This document shows positions 56,498 through 64,000 of a stretch of 64,000 bases of DNA, in pieces. The notes beneath the pieces are model-generated. The model ran no database searches and was not told the origin of the DNA. It was given only the letters and a program-made list of their open reading frames with translations. The DNA comes from an uncultured Hyphomonadaceae bacterium (GTDB taxonomy: Bacteria > Pseudomonadota > Alphaproteobacteria > Caulobacterales > Hyphomonadaceae), in the NCBI GenBank assembly GCA_964342355.1, contig CAYFFG010000004.1, positions 154,975 through 218,974 on the forward strand. Direction: 5' to 3'. The translations under genes were made by a program, and so were the position numbers. Each line of letters opens with the position of its first letter. Positions within the stretch are counted from its first letter, which is position 1.

Positions 56498-57301
56498 ATG
56501 TCGCGTTCTCCGCAAGAGTTAGCACTTATGGCGCTTACCGAATGGTGGGATGACGCCGGTGTGCCGGGAGATATGAGGGTCAAACCGCCTGTTGCTGAGG
56601 CTCAGCCAAGCGCCCCCACATTCACCAAGAAACCTGATGAACCGCAGAAAGTTGAGCCGCGCCGCCTCAGAATCGACCCCATTCGTGAAGCGACAAAACT
56701 TGCCGCCTCTGCTGATTCGCCTATCACGCTAAAAAATGCTGTGTCCGGCTTTAATGGATGTGACCTAAAGCTGACAGCGCGTAACACGGTTCTTTTTGAC
56801 GGCGCACCAAACGCCGACATCATGTTGATCGGCGAAGCGCCCGGCGTGGATGAGGACAAACAGGGTAAGCCTTTTGTCGGTCGGTCCGGTCAATTGCTCG
56901 ACCGCATGTTTGCAACAATCAGCCACAATCGTCAGACATCGCTTTATATTACCAATGTCTTGCCATGGCGTCCGCCTGGCAACCGTGATCCTTCCCCTGA
57001 TGAGATTGCTGTGTGTAAACCATTTCTTGAGAGACAAATCGAACTGGTTTCGCCAAAACTGATTGTGACTGTAGGTCGAATTTCAACACAGGCGGTGCTT
57101 GGCGGCACGCAGTCTATTCTTAAAGTGCGTGGTAAGCAGATGACATACAGGCAGCCAAGTCTTGGCGCAGATCTGCCCTGTATCCCCTTTTTGCATCCAG
57201 CTTACATACTTCGCCGTCCTGCAGAAAAATCAAAAGCATGGCGTGATCTTCTGATTATCGACAAAATCGCTAGTGAACTTGGCGCGCAGAAGGCGAAATA
57301 A
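56498..57301 (+). CDS. Uracil-DNA glycosylase family 4
   Basis: GEAPG.DEDKQGKPFVGRSGQLL, ITNVLPWRPPGNRDP, FLHPAYILR. Confidence 0.94.
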   Translation: MSRSPQELALMALTEWWDDAGVPGDMRVKPPVAEAQPSAPTFTKKPDEPQKVEPRRLRIDPIREATKLAASADSPITLKNAVSGFNGCDLKLTARNTVLFDGAPNADIMLIGEAPGVDEDKQGKPFVGRSGQLLDRMFATISHNRQTSLYITNVLPWRPPGNRDPSPDEIAVCKPFLERQIELVSPKLIVTVGRISTQAVLGGTQSILKVRGKQMTYRQPSLGADLPCIPFLHPAYILRRPAEKSKAWRDLLIIDKIASELGAQKAK

Positions 57302-57312
57302 TCTCTCCAGTC

Positions 57313-59028
57313 TTAAGCGACCTTACCTCTTTGTGTCACATACACCTGAGACAATGACTGGTGCAGCATGGTCCAATCAAATGGCTTTGCGAGCACATCA
57401 TCAAATCCAGCTTCTTGGCATTTTGTGTAAGCTGTTTGTGTGGTATCCGCACTGCATGCGATCAGACGCGTCGAGGAGGTGTATTTTCTGACCTCTCGCG
57501 CAACCTCGAACCCGCTTTTGATCGGCATGTGTAGATCTAGCACAATAACGTCAAATGAGTGCTGGCGCGCAGCCTCAAGCGCTTCTTCGCCATTTCCCGC
57601 CAAAGTGACCTCACATCCCCAGGAATGCAGCACTTTTTCAAGGATGAACCGGTTCTGAGCGTTATCATCAGCAACAAGCAGTTGAATGCCATCCAAACCG
57701 TCTGCTGAAACATCCTGAAGTTTTGTCGGCTCAATAGGCTCTGGGTCTTTTTTAGGTGTAGCAACCCAACTGTCGTCGACAGGTTGAACCGGAATCTCAA
57801 TCTCGACACGTGTTCCGTATCCAGGCGAAGAACTGACGCTGACGCTGCCGCCCATTCGTTCAGTCAGTTGCTTGACCATTGTCATGCCAATCCCGGTGCC
57901 CTGATCGGCGCGCTCTTCTTCATCATGAGATTGCTCAAACGGCTCGAACAGACGTTCAAGTTGCTCCGGCGTCATCCCCACGCCAGTATCATTGATAGCA
58001 ACCGTCAGCTGACATCCTGACTCACTCTTAGTTAGCTCAAGATCACAAGACACTTCGCCAGCCTGTGTGAATTTCATTGCGTTATGGATGACGTTAAACA
58101 GGATCTGGCGCAGCCGTTTAGGATCTGACGTAATTTGTTCGCACAGGCTTTCGTGGATATTCATGCGTGCATTGAAGGTAAGCGCTTTGCTCTCAGCGAC
58201 CACACTAAAATGCCTGCGCAAGCGATCCATCAACTCGCTTAAATCCATTTGTTGATGAGAAATATGCAAGCCGCCCGCTTCGACTTTCGCGCTATCAAGA
58301 GATTCATTGAGCAACTGGTGCAGATCGGACGCGCTAGACCAGATTGTCCGCAACAGCGTGCGTTCTTCCTGAGCTTCCGGTGTTTGTAGTTGAGAGCGGT
58401 TGAGTTTGTTGATCAGCATATCCGCCGCGCCCAGAATGCCTGTAATCGGCGTACGTAGTTCGTGACTTAAGGAAGACAAAAAACGAGACTTGGCGTTGAA
58501 AGCGCGCGAGGCTTCCATCCGCAAGTTTGTTTCTTCCTGCGCCATGATCAAAAGTTTGAGTTCGCTTTCCACTTGATCAGCAAAGCATCGCAGCATTGAA
58601 CGCTCTGACTGGGTCAGCTTTCGCGGCGCCACACCTCCAATGATCAGCGCGCCGCAGGCGAATCCACTCGGGTCGTGGATCGTGGCTGACGCCGAAAAGC
58701 GAATACTTGGCACTCCCTCAACAATGGGAAGATCAAAATAAGCTGGATCAACTTTTGCGTCATTGACCTCATACACTTCGGCATCACCTTCAGCGTGCAT
58801 CAGAGGAGCCATGCCTTGAGCAACCGTGTCGTCTCCAAGACCAACATCATTACGCGCCCAATACCTCTGGCCATTCAAGAGGGTAATCAGCGCAATGTTA
58901 GGGGTAAGTGTCTGCGACACGAGCCAGCAGATCCGATGAAACGCCTCACTCGCTGTGGTGTCCAAAACACCTGATGAGAGCACGCTTTTTAAAGCTGAGG
59001 ATTCTTCGCTTTCGATTGGCGCGAACAT
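57313..59028 (-). CDS. GAF-sensor hybrid histidine kinase/receiver (cytoplasmic)
   Basis: GAF (IRFSASATI...G.L), SHELRTPITGI, NAMKFT, DTGVGM, GTGIG, receiver DLHMP. Confidence 0.92.
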   Translation of the reverse strand: MFAPIESEESSALKSVLSSGVLDTTASEAFHRICWLVSQTLTPNIALITLLNGQRYWARNDVGLGDDTVAQGMAPLMHAEGDAEVYEVNDAKVDPAYFDLPIVEGVPSIRFSASATIHDPSGFACGALIIGGVAPRKLTQSERSMLRCFADQVESELKLLIMAQEETNLRMEASRAFNAKSRFLSSLSHELRTPITGILGAADMLINKLNRSQLQTPEAQEERTLLRTIWSSASDLHQLLNESLDSAKVEAGGLHISHQQMDLSELMDRLRRHFSVVAESKALTFNARMNIHESLCEQITSDPKRLRQILFNVIHNAMKFTQAGEVSCDLELTKSESGCQLTVAINDTGVGMTPEQLERLFEPFEQSHDEEERADQGTGIGMTMVKQLTERMGGSVSVSSSPGYGTRVEIEIPVQPVDDSWVATPKKDPEPIEPTKLQDVSADGLDGIQLLVADDNAQNRFILEKVLHSWGCEVTLAGNGEEALEAARQHSFDVIVLDLHMPIKSGFEVAREVRKYTSSTRLIACSADTTQTAYTKCQEAGFDDVLAKPFDWTMLHQSLSQVYVTQRGKVA

Positions 59029-59197
59029 CAAATAACCACCCCATCCCAACCCTGCTTTTTGGCAGATTTTCTCGTCAAAGTTGTTCTCAACGGCTGGAAT
59101 TTAGCAGAAAGAGGCAAAAACTTACTTAACAGCAACAATTGTTCACGACCGTGCGAACAGGCTAGCTAATTTAGACACATCAGATAATTTCAAGCCT

Positions 59198-59884
59198 ATG
59201 ACTCGCGCCGACCTATCCATCGTTATTCCGACGCTCAACGCGCAGGCACACCTGCCGCGCTGTCTAGATGCGCTCAGTTCCGGATTAATGGCTGGTCTGA
59301 TCAAAGAAGTCGTGATTGTCGACGGCGGCTCTACTGACGAAACTATCACACTAGCGGGATTGGCAGGATGTCGCATTATTTCATCTCCCAAAGCTGGTCG
59401 AGGAAGACAGTTGCGGGTCGGCGCATCCAACGCCAAAGCTGAGTGGTTGTTGTTTCTGCACGCAGATTCAACATTAGAACCCGACTGGGTAAAAGATGTG
59501 GCTGCGCACATGTACTTTCCGCAATTCGCAGCTTCCTTCACTTTGGCTTACGATAGCCCGACACCTGAAGCGCGTTGGCTGGAAAAGCGGGCGGCGCTAC
59601 GTGTCAAAACACTTGGCCTGCCGTACGGAGACCAGGGTCTTATCATTCATCGCGACCTTTACGAGGAAGTCGGCGGATTTGAAGACGTGCCTTTAATGGA
59701 GGACGTATCAATCATACGCCGAATTGGTCGGCATCGCTTGAAACATTTTCAAACACGCGCGATTACATCTGGCGACAAATATGCACGAGATGGCTGGCGC
59801 AAACGCGCATGGCGCAATGCAATATTGCTCGCGCGATATTATCTTGGCGCAAGCCCCGAAAAACTAGCTCAGTCATATGACTAA
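59198..59884 (+). CDS. GT2 glycosyltransferase, TIGR04283-like
   Basis: SIVIPTLN, VDGGSTD, GRGRQL..GA, LFLHAD, PYGDQG, LMEDV. Confidence 0.9.
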   Translation: MTRADLSIVIPTLNAQAHLPRCLDALSSGLMAGLIKEVVIVDGGSTDETITLAGLAGCRIISSPKAGRGRQLRVGASNAKAEWLLFLHADSTLEPDWVKDVAAHMYFPQFAASFTLAYDSPTPEARWLEKRAALRVKTLGLPYGDQGLIIHRDLYEEVGGFEDVPLMEDVSIIRRIGRHRLKHFQTRAITSGDKYARDGWRKRAWRNAILLARYYLGASPEKLAQSYD

Positions 59885-60485
59885 CGGCACGCTTTTAGTT
59901 TTCGCCAAGTCTCCGCGAATGGGAACAGCCAAGACGCGCCTTGCACGTGACATTGGTCCTGTTGAAGCCCTGCGACTGAACAGGACATGCCATGCTCGCG
60001 CCATGAAAGCCGCCGCGCCTGATACATGGCGCACCCGCTTATGTATTGCGCCTGACAATGATATCAGTGCGCATCACGGGCATTTATGGCCAACACATTT
60101 TGAACGCGTTCCACAAGGCAAGGGCGATCTAGGCGATCGGCTGAGAAGAGCTTTTCAAACTGCGCCTCCTGGCCCTGTTATTGTTGTCGGCGTAGATGCG
60201 CCTGACATCAGCGCCGCACTCATCAAGCAAGCTTTCAAGACCCTCAAAAGGGCCGATGCTGTATTTGGTCCTGCGGTTGATGGCGGTTTTTGGCTCTTCG
60301 GCGCCTCGCGGACTTTGAGACGCAGTTTTTTGTCTTTTTCACCCGTCAGATGGTCAAGCAAGCACGCACTCTCAGACTTGAAAGCGACTTTTCCAAAAAC
60401 GACCCGTATTGAGTACATTTCAACACTGGTTGACCTTGACGATATCGACGCGTTGAAGCGTTGGAAAAACAACAAGAAAGCGTAG
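59877..60485 (+). CDS. CofC-like transferase, TIGR04282/DUF2064-like
   Basis: VFAKSPRMGTAKTRLA, QGKGDLGDR, GVDAP, GPAVDGGFWL, DLD. Confidence 0.9.
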   Translation: MTNGTLLVFAKSPRMGTAKTRLARDIGPVEALRLNRTCHARAMKAAAPDTWRTRLCIAPDNDISAHHGHLWPTHFERVPQGKGDLGDRLRRAFQTAPPGPVIVVGVDAPDISAALIKQAFKTLKRADAVFGPAVDGGFWLFGASRTLRRSFLSFSPVRWSSKHALSDLKATFPKTTRIEYISTLVDLDDIDALKRWKNNKKA

Positions 60486-60540
60486 CCAGCTCACCAAAAA
60501 CACAAACAAACGGTTAATTTATACCCCTCAAGAGCTTTGT

Positions 60541-60566
60541 GTTCTTCTTTTGTTCTGTTATTGTTC
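60541..60566. promoter_or_regulatory. Tandem LexA boxes (GTTC-N7-GTTC-N7-GTTC)
   Basis: GTTC TTCTTTT GTTC TGTTATT GTTC upstream of a PA0069-type radical SAM gene. Confidence 0.85.
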
Positions 60567-60606
60567 CCGCTCCTGTGGAAAGTTTACCCTAAGAGCAGAT
60601 GAACGA

Positions 60607-61773
60607 ATGACGAACAGACAATTTAAGCACCCCCGCAAACCTAACCGTCATGATGATTCAGAGACTGAAAATCCATTCTCGCCAGATGCAGTCGGCTGGT
60701 CACCGGTTTCCAGCGTAGCCCGTGGGCGTGGCGCACAATCAAATGCCTCAGGTAAGTTTGAGCCTTATGGTCGTATCCCATTTGACGACGGCTGGAGTGG
60801 TCTGGAGATGGACATAACGCCACTGCGAACAGAAACCATCCCAGAAAAGCCAAAAAAAGCGATTACTTATAATTCTTCGCCCGACATTTCCTTTGATCGT
60901 ACAGTCAACCCTTATAAAGGGTGCGAGCATGGCTGCATCTACTGCTATGCGCGCCCCACTCATACCTATTCTGGTTTGTCCGCGGGATTAGATTTTGAAA
61001 GTCGGATTTTCATTAAACCCAACGTGCCTGATCTTTTAAGACAAGAATTATCTCGTCCACGTTATCGCCCTCGTATGCTTGTGTTGGGCGGCGACACAGA
61101 CATTTATCAGCCAATCGAACGTGAGCTGGAAATCACACGCAAAATTCTCAAAGTCCTGCAAAGCGCCAATCATCCATTTTCTTTTGTCACTAAATCAGCG
61201 CTTGTTTTGCGTGATTTGGACATTCTTGCGCCAATGGCTGAACAGGGACTTGTGCGTGCCTGCGTGTCTTTGACATCGCTTGACAATCGTCTGTCTCGCA
61301 CGATGGAACCTCGAGCCGCCGCTCCTCACCGCCGCCTGGACGTTATCAGACAACTCACGCAAGCAGGTGTTCCTGTCACCGTGATGACCGCCCCTATCAT
61401 TCCCAGTATCAACGACATGGAGATTGAAAGGCTAATAGAGGCCGCCAATGATGTTGGCGCAGATACGGCCCGTTATGTGCTTTTACGCCTCCCTCTTGAA
61501 ATTGCGAACCTGTTTGAAGAGTGGTTGGACACGTATTTCAAGGATCGCAAATCCAAAATCATGCGCTTAATGCGCGACATGCGTGGCGGATCAGCTTACC
61601 AATCTGAATTCAATTTACGCCAAACAGGATCAGGCCCATATGCCGACCTTATTGCGCATCGATTTAAGACTGCAGCAAAACGAGTGGGGTTAAATCAGCG
61701 CTCAACACCGCTTCGAACTGACCTCTTTTGCCCACCGCTTCCTGATAGCAACCAACAATTGGATCTTTTTTAG
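60607..61773 (+). CDS. PA0069-family (SplB-like) radical SAM protein
   Basis: GRGA..N..G.F, NPYKGCEHGCIYCYARPTH, TDIYQPIE, MEPRAA.P.RR, LLRLPLE. Confidence 0.93.
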   Translation: MTNRQFKHPRKPNRHDDSETENPFSPDAVGWSPVSSVARGRGAQSNASGKFEPYGRIPFDDGWSGLEMDITPLRTETIPEKPKKAITYNSSPDISFDRTVNPYKGCEHGCIYCYARPTHTYSGLSAGLDFESRIFIKPNVPDLLRQELSRPRYRPRMLVLGGDTDIYQPIERELEITRKILKVLQSANHPFSFVTKSALVLRDLDILAPMAEQGLVRACVSLTSLDNRLSRTMEPRAAAPHRRLDVIRQLTQAGVPVTVMTAPIIPSINDMEIERLIEAANDVGADTARYVLLRLPLEIANLFEEWLDTYFKDRKSKIMRLMRDMRGGSAYQSEFNLRQTGSGPYADLIAHRFKTAAKRVGLNQRSTPLRTDLFCPPLPDSNQQLDLF

Positions 61774-61774
61774 T

Positions 61775-63044
<1,270 letters not shown>

Positions 63045-63051
63045 CCCCAAT

Positions 63052-63079
63052 CTTGCCAAAACACATTTGTATCCTACCT
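63052..63079 (+). promoter_or_regulatory. RpoH (sigma32)-type promoter candidate
   Basis: CTTGCC-N15-CCTACCT upstream of htpX. Confidence 0.55.
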
Positions 63080-63117
63080 GATATTCGGGGCTTTGTTTAA
63101 GGCTTGAACAGGAACAA

Positions 63118-64000
63118 ATGAATTTGAACCATCTTCGCACTTTTGCGCTACTTGCAGGGCTGATGGCTTTGTTTGTTGGCGTTGGATATCTCATCGGCGG
63201 ACCAACTGGTATGGTGATCGCGCTTGTGATCGCTGGTGTGATGAATGTTATAAGCTACTGGAACGCCGACAAAATTGTCTTGTCCATGTATGGCGCAAAA
63301 GAAGTGGGGGCAGATCACCTTAACCCGGTGATCGCCGCCTATGTCGCCGATGTGATAGAAATGGCCGAAAACGCAGGCATGCCACGCCCGCGCATTACAA
63401 TCATCGAAAATGATCAACCAAACGCTTTTGCAACCGGGCGCGATCCAAAACATGCGGCAGTCGCAGCCACAACCGGGCTCCTCACACGCTTAAATCGTCG
63501 CGAAGTGCGCGGGGTTATGGGACATGAGCTAGCGCATGTGCGTAACCGCGACACCTTGACGATGACCATTACAGCCACGATTGCCGGCGCCATTTCAGCA
63601 CTTGCGAACTTCGCTCTGTTCTTTGGCGGCAACAGAGATCGTGCAGGTGGAATTATTGGCACACTTGCGCTCATGATTCTGGCTCCACTAGCTGCCAGCT
63701 TGGTTCAAATGGCGATCAGTCGCGCCCGCGAATACAAAGCTGACGCAGGAGGCGCGGAAATCTCAGGCGACCCTCAGGCGTTAGCGTCTGCGCTGGAAAA
63801 AATTGACCGCATGGCGCATTCAGGCCGCGTAAATGAACAGGCTGAACGGAATCCAGCCACAGCGCACATGTTCATCATCAATCCGCTTAATGGAAAAGGC
63901 GCTGACAATCTTTTTTCAACGCACCCGAACACGCAAAACCGTGTTGCAGCACTTATGGAAATTGTCGGCCGCAAAGTTAGTCCAACCCGACCGTCGCCAA
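63118..64000 (+). CDS. htpX: Zinc metalloprotease HtpX (3'-truncated by window edge)
   Basis: Hand translation [19 protein letters not shown]...; [40 protein letters not shown]. Confidence 0.95.
   Translation, partial: MNLNHLRTFALLAGLMALFVGVGYLIGGPTGMVIALVIAGVMNVISYWNADKIVLSMYGAKEVGADHLNPVIAAYVADVIEMAENAGMPRPRITIIENDQPNAFATGRDPKHAAVAATTGLLTRLNRREVRGVMGHELAHVRNRDTLTMTITATIAGAISALANFALFFGGNRDRAGGIIGTLALMILAPLAASLVQMAISRAREYKADAGGAEISGDPQALASALEKIDRMAHSGRVNEQAERNPATAHMFIINPLNGKGADNLFSTHPNTQNRVAALMEIVGRKVSPTRPSP

Noticed and set aside
60607-61773. Radical SAM as the arsenosugar/selenodomain partner of the upstream transferases
   Set aside because: Sequence is PA0069/SplB-like and has its own LexA-boxed promoter

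Overview
A 64-kb chromosomal stretch of an alphaproteobacterium. Gene order and motifs look Caulobacterales/Hyphomonadaceae-like (inference from ccrM, TTAA-N7-TTAA CtrA boxes, GTTC-N7-GTTC LexA boxes, a SAM-II riboswitch and the glyQ-glyS-ppdK order). Most of the window is housekeeping: a lipid/aldehyde catabolic block beside a double-HTH TetR, three YceI proteins, tsaC, yaaA, metA, ygfZ-tag, nrtR-nadABC, sleB, ppdK, glySQ, ispB/ispE, ETF-QO, udg, a PA0069-type radical SAM, ccrM and htpX. I saw no tRNA/rRNA, transposase, integrase or CRISPR array. Best candidates for something undescribed: (1) a TIR-FGE/SUMF1 gene flanked by two apparent pseudo-proteases (an M48-like protein that has lost all Zn ligands and a degenerate CPBP-like protein), with a perfect CtrA box in the divergent promoter (18.6-21.8 kb); (2) an unclassified, highly structured ~220-nt element between two convergent genes (25.9-26.1 kb); (3) small membrane proteins and lipoproteins, three of them (35, 49 and 54 aa) absent from the ORF track, including a 35-aa ORF with a perfect CtrA box at -39..-25 that suggests a leaderless cell-cycle transcript; (4) a four-gene accessory cassette with an EEP nuclease and a membrane-bound TIR-like protein (13.3-16.8 kb). 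All calls come from reading motifs by eye; no database search was run.
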